A DNA stretch of 64,000 nucleotides from Octopus vulgaris (Eukaryota), in NCBI GenBank assembly GCA_951406725.2, contig OX597822.1, forward strand, positions 83,576,001 through 83,640,000, written 5' to 3'. The notes beneath the pieces were generated by a model. The model had not been told where the DNA came from. It saw nothing but the letters and a program-made list of their open reading frames with translations, and did not search any database. The position numbers and the translations under genes were made by a program. This document shows positions 1-13,697 of the stretch, piece by piece. The stretch's first letter is position 1. Every line of letters starts with the position of its first letter.

Positions 1-405
1 TGCAGTGTATTTTAGTTGAAGTTTTGCTACTACGTTTCCATAGCATTGCTTTTACATAATTGTATTGTACATAACACATTAATGAAGAAATGTTATGGAA
101 ACATGAGTCGCATAATTCAACAAAATCCACGCTATTCATAATCTTTTATTATTTTTGTACCGCATTAAATGTGCATTGTGTTGCTACACCCATCAGATTT
201 GCGAAGTGCTTAATATCATTTAACTACATAATATTGCCTGGTTTGTTCTGTTGATTGGATGATACATTGGAAATATGACTGTTATTCCTCCAGAGTACCG
301 TGTTAGACAAATACACAGTGCAGTGCTACTGAGTTATTTGCCACGATCATTGAGATACCCGTTACTTTACACTCACTCACTCATACACACACAGACACAC
401 ACATA

Positions 406-440
<35 letters not shown>

Positions 441-1616
441 TCATACATATATATATATATATGTATGTCGATGTACAATAGTATACTAAAGCTTTATGTA
501 CATCTGCTGACTCATTTTCAATTCTTGAGAGGAAAAAGACGTTTTGTAAATATGTGATAATCCATCTGTGTTAGAAAATGATAATATAAAACTACAATGA
601 AACTTCAGTGTCCAGATAAACCACTGGATAGAACATAAGAACCCTCACATAATTTTTCCTTTGCTAAAATGGCAATTATTGACTAATAGTCGATTTAGGA
701 ATACCGAATTACTATTATTACGCTTTGTAGAAGCGAGTTAGAATCATATCCGTTAAAGAATACATCAATGGTCGACTTTGAAACCGATTCAACGGCGATG
801 ATGCATAACCATGTATGATTAGGCCACTAATCAAAGCCTCTATTCTTGCAAATCTGCTCTTAAGGTGTCCCTAAATCCCTGTGTAGTTCGTTTACATAAT
901 CCATTAATTCATCACTCGTTATACGAAAAACTGTGATGAATCAAACTAACACATAAACAACCAATACATAAGTAAATAAAACAACTTATATAACACAAGG
1001 AAATGACAAAATCGCAAACTTTGTTTTTAGTTGTTTAAAAGTCATGTATTAAAGTTCTAGAATGAATATTTATTAACCTCTTGAAATTTACTAAACTCAC
1101 ACGTAAGTGGTTTAGTATGGAGAAAAGCTTATTTCCCAGACAAAAGAAATGGCAATCAAGTCAAATCTACAGATCCATAGTCTGACTATTGACTTCTTAA
1201 AAATAAAAAAAAACTCAATACAATTTCAGAGTATGAATATCCACGGGTATAAGATAACTCATCAGAACGGAAAGAAAAAGGAAAGGCGTCTGACCATAGA
1301 TTCGACTGACAACCAGAAAACGTTTGATACTATTTGGAGACTTTCTATGCAAGGACCTTGGTATTTAAAAGAAAAATACACGTGGAGATGTAAAAGAAAA
1401 AAGAAAACTCGATCTCCCGCAACATACAAACATGCCTAACAAGAAGACAATAACGAATGACAATTGCAGCCACTGAAAATTCATCTCATATAGAATTGCT
1501 TGATTACAGGTGTAAAGGTGGAATTAAAACTCGCAGCTCGGTTATGCATTGTAAACATACAACAGAAATTAATGTTTCGAAACGGTAATGGAAAAGATGA
1601 CGATGATGGTTTCTTT

Positions 1617-1737
1617 AATAATTTTAATAATAATTTTAATAACAACAACAACAACAGCAGCAGCAACAGTAACAACAACAACAACAACAACAATAATAAT
1701 AATAATAATGATGAGGGTGAGGGTGATGATAATAATA
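1617..1737. repeat. Compound (AAT/AAC/AGC)n microsatellite; target site of the downstream LINE fragment
   Basis: Visible trinucleotide runs; these explain the poly-N tract of ORF 1500..1964. Confidence 0.95.
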
Positions 1738-2262
<525 letters not shown>

Positions 2263-2290
2263 TAACAGCAACAACTAAAAGAACAACAAC

Positions 2291-3222
2291 AACACTCAGA
2301 GAGCGCAAACACCTGCCAAGTCAATACGAAAGTCTTCTCAATAATTAGCCAGAGGTGATTTTTAAAAAGTGAATATCTGAAGTAAACTCGACTGCTCTCA
2401 CAAAGGAGAATACTAAAAATGAACCTGATCGCACTTAAAAATTGAGTTAAAATAGCGGAAAAAAATAATCCAGAATTTTTGTCCGGTACCCGATCGATCC
2501 CAATCGTAGTCATGGAATCTGAAGGTAGCTGTAGAAAATTTAGTAACAGTAATAAGTAGTTTATCCTTATCTAATACAAGCCAAAGTTAACCAACTCACC
2601 ATTCAAAGCAGTTTCAATGGCGGAGGTAATAATAATAAGTTCTCAAGAACTTTTAAATGAATAGCATGAAACGTTTTGGCTTTCTCTTCTCTTAAATTCC
2701 GGCCTCCTTTTAGTATTCCTGTTGTTTTAGTTCGATGTATAGATGTTTCAATATATGTAAGTATACAGTAAAGTGTTAATATGTATCTATAATATATAAT
2801 ATATATATATTATAAAAATATGTTAGTGTTATTAAATTTCTGAACGGTTTTGCTGCCGTTTGTTTATATAGTCTGATTTCTTTATCCATCAGTTTTTCCT
2901 ACGATAGAGAGGCGATTAAAATTAATAATAGAGAAACGAAAATAAAAACTTTGGAAACAGCCTAAAGGGAGATAATTGAGAAAGACTTGAAAGTGAACGT
3001 AAGATCGTAATCATGTAAAGTAAATATAATAAATAATCCAGAATCCTTGTCCGGTACTGGATCGATCCCAAAATCTTATCAGTTCGTGTCAGTTACAAGA
3101 ACAAACATCTCTGAAAGTTTCGTTTGAATTCATCCAGCAGTTCTTGAGATAGCTTGTCCATGGACAAACAAACAAACACGACTGAAAACAATAACTCCGC
3201 CTTCGCTAAGGCGGAGGTAATA
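2291..3222 (-). mobile_element. Helentron-associated non-autonomous element(s) (HINE/DINE-1-like), two partial copies
   Basis: The minus-strand 5' end is ttattacctccgcc with a hairpin (ctccgcctt/aaggcggag, 3195-3216) followed by (gttt)n and atctcaagaactgctggat. A second 5' end lies at about 2616-2632. The 3' end is cttggcaggtgtttgcgctctctgagtgtt with a terminal stem-loop (2291-2320). The block at 2463-2505 is repeated at 3032-3072. Confidence 0.65.
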
Positions 3223-3229
3223 ATAATAA

Positions 3230-4570
3230 ACTTGCAAGGGGAGAAGGGCCTCTTTGAGTCTTTTTAGACAAATCCCTACAGAGAGGGTGTCTCGATAAAA
3301 ATACTGGTGGTTGAGACCCTTTATCAACACTTTCTTCTGCATGAGAGTAATAAATTAACACAAACAATGGCGTAAATGCGGATGGAACCACAGGTGACGA
3401 TCTTTCACCTTGTAGGTACCCTGTGGGTGAATAGCACATCCCCGACCGTTAGTATATGGCTGTTAGAACTAAATGGACGAAGTTAATGAAGATAGCTATC
3501 ATGGAATGTTATTTTTTGAGCAGACCCACTGATAATGAAGGGAGACCCATACGAGGATATAGAAAGAGGATGCATAACATACGGATGGAGAAGCAGGGCT
3601 TAGATATTACAGAACAGAGACTCTGTGACCAGGTAAAAGCAATAAGGAAGAAAGGATGGCTAACAGCACTATAGATCGATGAGATTACGAGGAGGGTGAT
3701 CAGCAAAAACACGGGGAGCGATGCAGAAGTTGATATAGAGAACGCTGACAAGACTGTACTTAATAAGAGTAACCGGGAGAAGTATAATGTCTCAAGCCCT
3801 GAGTGTAGAGAAGGACTGAATAACGAAGACAAATGAATGATCGAAGACATTACTAGTATCATTGAGGAAAATCTGGATTTGGAAATAAATAGATTAAGGA
3901 ACGTAGGAAGAAATTTGCTCAGGGGGTGGACACTTAAGGTGGATATAATACTGAAAGAGATCAAGACAGATAATATAAATGGAACAAATAGATTGATTAA
4001 ATCTTGCTTCATCTAAATAGGAAATAAACTAGGCCTTGAACCAAACCGTAAATGTGGGAATGAAGAAAAAGACCTTGCTGGAAAAGAAGAATAAAACAAT
4101 CAATGAATGAACCACGAAAACCTATCTATATCTTGGAAGGAAAGAAAAAAAGTAAAAGCAAGAGAGAGGAGAAATATAAGGAACAGGAACGTAGGTATAG
4201 GATAAAGAAAACGGTGCTAATTGCACGGTGTTGAAGAGCTGAAGAGACAAAGATCAAGAAATATGACCAAAGAATTGAACAAAATAAAATCAACAGATTC
4301 TTCCAACAAGACTAGAAAAAGGTTTATCAACAGCTGGATGGAAAGGTTGACAGTAGTGAGAGACCAGACGCTGAAGAAAGTAAAAGGTTTTGTAGTAACA
4401 TCTGGGATAATGGAAGAAAGTATAAGAAAGATACTAAATGGTTGAAGAGAGTAAGATGGGAAAAATATTAAGTGAAAGAGAGCAATATTAGAATAACGAT
4501 ATAAATGGTAACCGAACAGACAACAAAGATCCTACACTATAAATACCCAGGACTGGATGGGGTACAAGGA
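3230..4570 (+). mobile_element. 5' half of a decayed R4/Dong-like LINE (N-terminal domain up to RT motif 0)
   Basis: Motifs RTKWT..MECYFLSRP..RGYRKRM..TEQRLCDQVKAIRKKGWL, P.WKRRI, KIKKYDQRIEQNKINRFFQQD*KKVYQQL, FCSNIWD and YKYPGLDGVQG, with stops and frameshifts. It starts immediately after taataataataa and is cut by a SINE at 4571. Confidence 0.85.
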
Positions 4571-4781
4571 AGTCGCCCATGCATACCGTTCTCCCCTCTC
4601 GACGCCACCAGTGTTATCCAAAGGAAAGGCAAAGTCCGATACAGCCTGGCACCAGTGATGTTGCAACTCATTTCTACAGCTGAGTGAACACAAGAACACA
4701 ACACGCAGCTCGGTCCGGGATTCGAACTCACAACCTCACGATCATAAGCTCGACGGTCTAACCAGTGAGCCATGCGCCTTC
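4571..4781 (-). mobile_element. tRNA-derived SINE (family C)
   Basis: The minus strand reads ggcgcatggctcactggttaga (A box)...gagttcgaatccc (B box), followed by a non-tRNA body. Confidence 0.8.
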
Positions 4782-4791
4782 TATATTAATA

Positions 4792-4846
<55 letters not shown>

Positions 4847-4908
4847 CCATAATACATATATAACATATACGTAATACATATATAATAAATATATATATAT
4901 GTATACGC

Positions 4909-4956
<48 letters not shown>

Positions 4957-5180
4957 ATGTATGTATGTATGTATGTATATGTATGCAGGATTTTCTTTCT
5001 CGTTAATAGGTTGAGTAGGAAGAATACTTAGTTCCCTTGTTACAAGGTTTTGCTGCAAAAGCATTATTTTCTTTATTTTTGTCAAATACATTCTCATTGA
5101 TTTCAAGTTTAGCAAAAAGTTCTCTGTGCTGGGCGATTGCAAATAATGACATTAATACATAATAAGAACAACAGCGACAT

Positions 5181-5212
<32 letters not shown>

Positions 5213-5454
5213 GTGATATTGACTACAAGTGCATATGGTCGAACGAAAAAGAGAGAAGCTACAACACCAGTAGGAGATGAAGTTGATGAAAAACAAGGAC
5301 GAGGAGGAGGATGGGAGAAAGAGAAAAGAAAAGATGATGATGATGATGATAATAATTTTCAATATTAGCATAAATATGAATCTCTAAGCTGGAACAATTA
5401 TCAAAATTCCATACATAATTTTAGATTACCTCGCTCACCAACTGCATCAACTGC

Positions 5455-5508
<54 letters not shown>

Positions 5509-5861
5509 AACAACGATAGCAACGGTGATAACATTTTCGGAAACGGAATTATACATCAAAACCAGATAACATTATGGAGATCTTCCCAATAAGCTTTTAC
5601 GTAGAAGTAATCTATTAGTCGGGAAATTAGCGAATTAATGAGACTGATCACAATTAATTGAAAGTAAAAATGCATAAACAAAGACAATAAAATCTAATTG
5701 AAGGAAACTAATAATAATTTTATAATTATATCCTTCCTTAAAAAAGTCAGTAAATAAATATAAAATACATATTGACAATTTAAATTTATTGAGGTAAATA
5801 TTAATTAGAGCAACGGAATTAGTCTGATATAGGTCATTGCTGATATCTGGAGCGTTTATTC

Positions 5862-6015
5862 ACAGGTGTGGCTCTGTGGCAAGAGGTTTGCTTCCCAACC
5901 ATATGGTTCCGGGTTCAGTCCTACTGCGTGGCACCTTGGGCAAGTGTCTTCTTCTATAGCCTCAGGCCTACCAAAGCCTTGATTTGGCAGACGGTAAATG
6001 AAAGAGACCCGTTGT
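5862..6015 (+). mobile_element. CORE-type tRNA-derived SINE (family B), 5' half
   Basis: gtggctctgtggcaag A box, gggttcagtcct B box, and gcaccttgggcaagtgtctt resembling the CORE domain; homologous to 15041-15423. Confidence 0.85.
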
Positions 6016-6030
6016 GTGTATATATATATA

Positions 6031-6355
6031 TTACGGAGATGTACTTGCATAGCAAGTGATTGGATCTGAGATCGTGTGCTGGAACGAAAACAATTGCAGC
6101 GTGGAAGGTGTTTGTAAGCCATTTAAGAAACACACAAAAGCCGTTCGATTCACTTCAACATTTAAGTTTAATTTGTCAAAATATTTTCGTCGCTATAAGA
6201 CCGCGATCTGTTCACTAACAAAAATCCGTGCTGTCAGTGAACAGGTCGCGGTCTTATAGCGACGAAAATATTTTGACAAATTAAACTTAAATGTTGAAGT
6301 GAATCGAACGGCTTTTGTGTGTTTCTTAAATGGCTTACAAACACCTTCCACGCTG

Positions 6356-6358
<3 letters not shown>
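6031..6358. mobile_element. (TA)n-anchored fold-back element, probably a PLE terminus with an inverted partial copy
   Basis: Near-perfect inverted repeat at 6093-6358 (about 128-bp arms) plus about 60 bp of unique terminus; (TA)n on both sides. Confidence 0.7.
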
Positions 6359-6435
<77 letters not shown>

Positions 6436-6771
6436 AAGAAGTTTGAAAACTCCTCTATATAAGATAAATTTTAATTTTCATAGAGATTTTACGTGTTTCG
6501 GTTCTTCTTGAAAAAACGAACCTTATCAAAATTATTTTTAAAAGTTAAGTGTAATAAAAAAGTTCATAATTGTTTCTTACTAGTCTCAACAGAGTCCACG
6601 TGGTGGTATTTTGTGGGGTGGGGGCATAGTTGATGTCTTGTGCGTTGACTAGATTCGGCGGCTGTAATTGTGAAAATGAACAGCGTAGAGAGAGAGTGAG
6701 AGAGAGAGTGAGTGTGAGAGTGTATGTATGAGAGAGAGAAAAGCAGACAAAATGAGTGCCTATGTGTATGC

Positions 6772-6811
<40 letters not shown>

Positions 6812-7827
6812 TTATATCTGTACATTCTGTATTTGTAGTCGTTGTTGCTTGAATGGCGGTCAGCATTGTCCGCACATAGCTTTGATCGAACGTAAGATAG
6901 ACATTGAGACATTGAAACAAAGACAGGGCGGTTACAACATAAAGATAGTTGAATTGATCAAACATAATGACTCTCACACTCCGTTCCCAACGGAATAGAA
7001 TCAACGTCTGTGATTTCTAAATAATTACAATTAAATATTTAACGAGCCAAATGTTAAACGAGGACTGTCTATGCGTCGGTTCAAGCTGCTAACATAGCAA
7101 CCAATTCGCCACAAAGCCATCCTATCGTCTTAAAGAATGTTACATTGAACAATATAATTGCTAATAAAAAAAAACCTGGAAGTTTGTTTAGCGACGTCTT
7201 TTATGATCATAAGTTTGCTCCATGAATGTGACACCAGTGCTGAAAGGAAACTAAAACTTATATAAATTACACCGTAAAGCCATAATACTAAAGTTTAGAA
7301 CTTTATATTTCATCAATATACTCTCATTATCCTCTACTAATTGTACATTGAAACATAACAATCTCACGAGGATCCAGTATATTTGACAAGTCGCCAAATT
7401 TCCAAGTTTAAATTATTAAAACCTGTGGTGCTTTCCGTGAACCAGTACTATAAATTCATTAAGGAAATGACATGGAAAATATTCTATGAAGCCATCTTAG
7501 ACTGACATGGAGTTGTCTCGAACCGGTTCATATGTCATTGTCGATGTACTGTTTGTTCAGTAAACTATTTGACAGGTTTCCAATAATTACAGACCTAAAA
7601 ATACGTCACTGAGACAGAATGAACCAAACATAATTTTACATAGCTGCTAGTGTCATTTTTTTTATCTCCATCTCCAGTGACCCTTAGAGTCGTTTATATC
7701 TGCAATATATAACTTGCTCGTTTCATAAACGCGGCACATTGCAAGATGAACATTTTCTTTTCAACCACAGGATACAGACATCAGTGTTTTGAAGTCGTAT
7801 ACAAGAATATATTATAAATGTCTGTAA

Positions 7828-8040
7828 TTCTTTCTAATCTGGGCAGAAGGCCAACCGCTGTAGTGGGAAATGTTAGCCGATAGCATTGACACGAGTACGT
7901 GACTGATACTTATTTTATCGACCTGCAAGAGGACGAAAGGCAAATTTGGCCTCGGCAGGATCTCAATTCAGAACGTAAAGAGCCGGAAGAAATACTGCTA
8001 AGCATTTTGTCCGACGCGCTACGATCCTGCCAACTTGCCA
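7828..8040 (-). mobile_element. SINE family A, diverged copy
   Basis: Reverse complement of ggcgagctggcagaa..gttctgagttcaaat..gactttgcctttcatcc..gtcgataaa.taagtaccag. Confidence 0.8.
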
Positions 8041-8362
8041 ATGCAATTCTACACCGTCTACGTTGTCCGAAAATGTCGACTGATACTATTAGAATCGTTT
8101 CCCTTACGCTAAGTCTTTCAATCTTAAACACTCCTGGGGAGCTGGGGTCGGTGGCTTCTGACTCGTAACTGTATACATAGTCTGTTGATGACGTTTTCCC
8201 AAGTAGTTTTATATCAAATGAAAGGCTAAAGTAGTTCATTATCCTCAAGTACATTCTCTGAACTATTTTAATAGATGTCAGTGTTTTTTGGATATTTGTA
8301 TTTCTCAAAAATAGATATTGATCTTTAAGGAAGACACGATACTACAAATTTGAGGAGAGAAA

Positions 8363-8402
<40 letters not shown>

Positions 8403-8718
8403 TGAATTGAATAGATAAGTGGCATTATAAATCTGTCAGAGAGCAGCCGATATGTTTGTCAATTTGCTTTTTCTCGGTATGACGAGAAGCGAAGACCGGG
8501 TTGGCAGCAGAACAAGTACTTATCGTCTGAGAAAACAGATTCCAACTCAAATGCATTTATTTGAATATATATATAAATATACACACATATAAATGTATGT
8601 ATATCTGTTCATGTATACATACATACATATATAGGTAATGTAAATTTAGGGTGAATACTTGATAAGTGTAAGCAACTGTATATGCCAGATAGTGGCAGAG
8701 GTGAGAGGGAATACATAC

Positions 8719-8788
<70 letters not shown>

Positions 8789-9315
8789 CATATATATATA
8801 TATGCACACGCACAAGCACACGAGTTGGCACATAAGTGCAAAACAAGGTTGAAAAAGTAGTTCTCGAATATACAATATATGTATCTCTACGCATTTTGTT
8901 TATATATTTTCCGTAAAGTACTCGTAAACTGAATATTCACTATTAATATCACATTTTTATCACATTCTTTTTAACACCCATCTTGCGATCCAACTTCAAA
9001 TTTAACTAAATATTATCAATTAATTAACTATTTTTCTGGACCATTCACACCAACCCACTCGCATTTTATGTAAGTTTTTGTTTTTTGGTCTAATTATATT
9101 TACGTATATACCACTGGTAATTTTCGCCCAACTATTGACGGTTACGTTTTGAAAACAATCATCCAATTAATTTTAAACGCTCATTCACGTATTCGAATTA
9201 CATTACATTACATGTACCTGAACAACCTTAGTTAAGTTTTCATCCCAATCGTCCGACGAACGACAACGGCAAAGACACTGAGTAACAGTTCTTTGATAAT
9301 TTTGCAGCTTTAATA

Positions 9316-9548
9316 AGGGCGACGAGCTGGCAGAAACGTTAGCACGCCGGGCAAAATGCTTAGCGATATTTCGTCTGCTGTTACTTTCTGTGTTCAAAAT
9401 CCGCCGAGGTCGACTTTCCCTTTCATCCTTTCGGGTCGATTAAATAAGTAGCAGCTACACACTAGAGCCAATGTAATCGACTTAATTCCCTTTCTCTATC
9501 CTTGTTTGTCCCCTCAATGTTTAGCTCTCTGTGAGCAATGCAGAAAAA
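9316..9548 (+). mobile_element. SINE family A (with the tttgtcccctc-type tail)
   Basis: gagctggcagaaacgttagcacgccggg...gaggtcgactttccctttcatcctttcgggtcgat; matches many copies in the window. Confidence 0.9.
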
Positions 9549-9584
9549 AATTTTGCAGCTTTAATAAAACACACACAAACACAA

Positions 9585-9637
<53 letters not shown>

Positions 9638-9640
<3 letters not shown>

Positions 9641-9826
9641 GGGATTTACAAAAAAAACAGAAGACGAGACAGGTGTATAAGCAACAAACAGGTGTATTAG
9701 TTTAACGGTAGGGAAGGTGAGAAAGTATTTTACCTTTCGTGCCTACGCTCTTCAACAGAAAGGAACACGAGAAAATAAACAGAAATAGAATAAAAAAACT
9801 TCAGTCGCTTGCGATCAATCATGGCG
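9638..9826 (-). mobile_element. About 190-bp non-autonomous PLE-derived unit (family P1) carrying a hammerhead-like motif at 9728-9762
   Basis: Same 5' start (cgccatgattgatcgc) and 3' end (ccaac then (TA)n) as 51320-51507; (TA)n on both flanks. Confidence 0.75.
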
Positions 9827-10270
9827 ATATATATATATATATATATATATGCGTGCATTAGTGCGCGCGCTCGTGCACATTGACGAGGTTAAAGCTAAGT
9901 GACTTTCATACAGATAAAACAAGGCAGTGCTGAAGTGGATGGGGGCTTAAACTCCGAACTCTTCATCCGGGGCCGGTGCCTCTTCATTGAAAGTCAACTG
10001 TAAGAACAATCCTAATCAAGAGTGTTATGGAGGGAAAGACAGGAAGGCTTCAGATGTATATTTACATGCCGCACAATATAAAGATTACACAATAAAGCAA
10101 AAGAGAGAACAAAACAGAACGGGAATAACTGGGTAAAGTCTTTACATGATTCTGTTCTTTTATTTTTTCTTTGTTCTGTATTTTATGCTCCATGTATATG
10201 CTTCAAGCTTTCCGGCATTTATCTACTTTGCTCCGCATTCCTCTCCCCTTCCCTCTCTGTTTATACATAC

Positions 10271-10327
<57 letters not shown>

Positions 10328-10657
10328 AGTTTGTGTTTTTTTTTATTTGTGTCTGTGTGTGAGTGTACTTGTATTTCTAGTTTATTACTTGAAACTATTT
10401 TGACTGGCGTTGAACCAAGTCTTCCATTTATCACATTTCTGATATCTAAATAATAAAGGCTGTATTCGTTTTGTCAAGCGACGTATCAGTAAGTTCTTTG
10501 GATAAAATGACTTGCAACATTTGTTCTTCGCACCATGTTCAGAGATCGATTTGGCCTTTAATGTTTTCGTAATTGATAAATAACGATACCAATCAGACAT
10601 TATAATCGAAACTTCTTTCTTTTTTCTTTCTTAATTTTCCCACCAGGACTTCCATAT

Positions 10658-10887
10658 TCTTTTTTTAATCTAGGCACAAGGCCCGATATTTTTTTTTTTT
10701 TTTGGTGGGTAGGGGGGCAGTCGATTAGATCGGCCCCAGTACGCAAATGGTACTTAATTTAGCGACCCCGAAAGATGGAAAGGCAAAGTCGAGCTCGGCG
10801 AAATTTGAACTCAGAACGTAAAGACAGACGAAGTATTGCTAAGCATATCGCCCGGTGTGCTAACGTTTCTACCAGCTCTCCGCCTTA
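10658..10887 (-). mobile_element. SINE family A
   Basis: Reverse complement of the family A head, body and gggccttgtgcctag tail. Confidence 0.9.
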
Positions 10888-11164
10888 CTAGATTACCATA
10901 TTCGACAAGTTGATGCTCCGTGAAAAACATCTAAACACACAAAAAATGAAAAAGAAAGGGAAAAATTACGTGTTTTATTCTTCTGCAAAAATTTTACACC
11001 TCATAGTGCTTATCAAGGAAAATCGTAGAGACCGTTGGTCGGTCCGATGGTGCAACGACGAACATTTATTTCAAAAGCACAACGAGTTATTCTCTTGGAT
11101 GACATAAAGAGTAGATCGGTGGGCATCATATTTTATGGTATTCAAATCACGTGTCTTTAAGATG

Positions 11165-11410
11165 AAGCTCGTTGCGTAGTGGTTAGAGCACTAAACGCGA
11201 GATCGCTGTCTCGAATTCCAGACGGAACAGTGCGTTGTTTGCTTGTACAAAACATCTCATTTCACATAGCTTTGCAATCGCTTGAACATCTGACTTGTGA
11301 CACAACTGGCACCTGTACAGGTAATAACAATTTGATGGAGAGAATAAACTGATGTACAACACAAATATTTGATCATTATACATAAATCATTTGTGCGGGT
11401 TGTTCATAAA
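11165..11410 (+). mobile_element. tRNA-derived SINE, diverged
   Basis: ttgcgtagtggttagagca A box, gtctcgaattcc B box, then a non-tRNA body. Confidence 0.6.
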
Positions 11411-11904
11411 CAAGATGCGGGGCCCTTATTTCTTGCTTGCAATAGGTGACTCTACCATGTTCAGCGCGCAGCTCTTCGTTTTCTAATTTCTTAAATAAAT
11501 TGAATCCTTTCAAACTTTAGTATGAAAGTCTGTTATTTAATTCTTCGATTAATAAAATTTATTCTATTGGGTTTGTCATGAAGTGTTTATGGTGAGAGGG
11601 GGCTGTTTGTCTGTGTCAATACGACTAGAAAGAGCTACTGGGGACAGCATCTACATACATATCTCTCAAATCACAACCTGTTATAGTAAAAACGGGGAAG
11701 GACAGAGTGGATGATGCATACTGGAATAAATTCTGATTGATGACGTGTTCTAAAGATCACATCTCATTCTTCTTTCCTCATAGGTCTACTCAATCAAAAC
11801 TGATCCGAAGTGGAACTACAACAAAAAGCATCGAGAACAACACCAAAAACAACAACACCACTAACACTCATAAGTCGTTTTCAAAGTTATTAAGAGCAAC
11901 TTTT

Positions 11905-12231
11905 GCCGTCTTCTTCATCCTCCTCCTCATCATCATCATCATCACTGTTTTTGTCGTTATCGTATTCGCTGTCATCGTCAGCATCATCATCATAATCTTG
12001 GTCATCATTATCAGCATCACCACCATTACTGGCTTTATCATCATCATCGTCATATTATCATATTATCATATTCTTCATCATCCCCCCCTTTTCGTTATCT
12101 TCAACCTCTTTTGTTCTTCATCATGATTTTTCTTCTTTTAATCTTCATCATCATCATCATCATCTTCTTCGTTTTCGATTTCCTCCTCCTCATCATTATC
12201 ATTTTCTTCTACTTCCTCCTCCTCCTCCTCC

Positions 12232-12262
<31 letters not shown>

Positions 12263-12310
12263 TATCCTCATCCTCATCACCATCATCATCTTTCATCATC
12301 GTCGTCACAA
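11905..12310. repeat. Degenerate compound (ATC/CTC/TTC)n trinucleotide array
   Basis: Direct reading; the source of the poly-I and poly-D/E ORFs. Confidence 0.9.
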
Positions 12311-13105
12311 TCAATAGATTATCGAAGTAAATACCACACGGTGTACATTTCCATTGTCGTTCGATCCGAGTTAGAAGCGAGATTGGATGATCCACTTTAG
12401 CTGTTCATCCTTCCGGCAAGTTTCGCTAAAATGTGCGTGCGATTTAAGTACAAACGTTAATTTAATTAACTCTATAATTTTCCTCCCACCACACACGTCT
12501 GGCCTCGGAGCTTAGTATGAAAATATCATTCTCCATTTTGTTAATTTCATTATTTTGTTTTCAACACTTTCATCCCCGTTTCTACTCTATCAACAGGTAC
12601 ACATGGCTGGCCCTCTGGGTGCATTGTGCCGTAATATTAAAAAAGCATGTGAATTAGGATATATGATATATCGACAGCATGGTGAAGCATGGATTTATTT
12701 CAATGATTCTAGCGGTATTTCTCTTCCTTGTTTGTGTCTTTTGTTAATGAAATATTTCGTTGCACTATTAGGTAATTATTTAAAAATATGTGATAGGCGT
12801 GTTGGGTTGGAACTGTTTGTTTTAGATCAAGTCTAAAAGGCACTCTTCTAGCTTTTTCTTTGTCTACGTCATAGATTGCCTTTGTAAGAAAGGCATATCT
12901 AGCTTTGCTACTTCTAGCAGATAGCACGACCATATAATGATATATACATATACATTACTTGTGCTGATTAAGCAGAGGTAAGACAATTTTATTGTTCACT
13001 GAATTTTTTTCCTACCAGGCCTGTATGACATTTGTGACTGTTCCGTGTCACAGAAGTATTTTTGACTTCTATTTTCAGCAATGCAAGTTCTCATGTAGTA
13101 CGCTA

Positions 13106-13175
<70 letters not shown>

Positions 13176-13289
13176 AAACTACATATCTTATATTGCATGT
13201 ATACATTTTATTAATCTGTTGGCACTAGTGATGGTATTTTAATAGTACCAACTCTGTTATATTTACTTATATATATATATTATATATTA

Positions 13290-13630
13290 TCCTTTCCTTG
13301 TTTCAGTCTTTAGACTGTGGCCATGCTAGAGCACCGTCTTGAAGACTTTTTCATCGAGTGAATCGAACCCAGTACTTCATTTTTTTTTTATTTTATAGCT
13401 GCCGCTTAATCTACCGCATCTTTTGCCGAAACGCTAGGCTGTTCGAATGTAAACACACCAAGCCCGGTTATCAAGTGGTGTTGAGGGAAAAACGCAAGTA
13501 TATCTATCTATCTATCTTTAGATATATACGGACCGAAACTATAGTAATAAACATTTGCCCAAGGTGCCACATAGCAGGACTAAACTTGAGAGCAATGGCT
13601 GGGAAGGAAACCTCTCATCACACAGCCACA
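13290..13630 (-). mobile_element. SINE family B, near full length and diverged
   Basis: Reverse complement of the tail (tgtttcagtc..tgtggccatgctagagcaccg) and of the head (ttgcccaaggtgccac..cacacagccac). Confidence 0.85.
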
Positions 13631-13639
13631 TCGATATAA

Positions 13640-13697
<58 letters not shown>

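Noticed and set aside
11737-12395. Acidic (D/E-rich) or multi-transmembrane ORFs
   Set aside because: They are fully explained by a degenerate (ATC/CTC)n array
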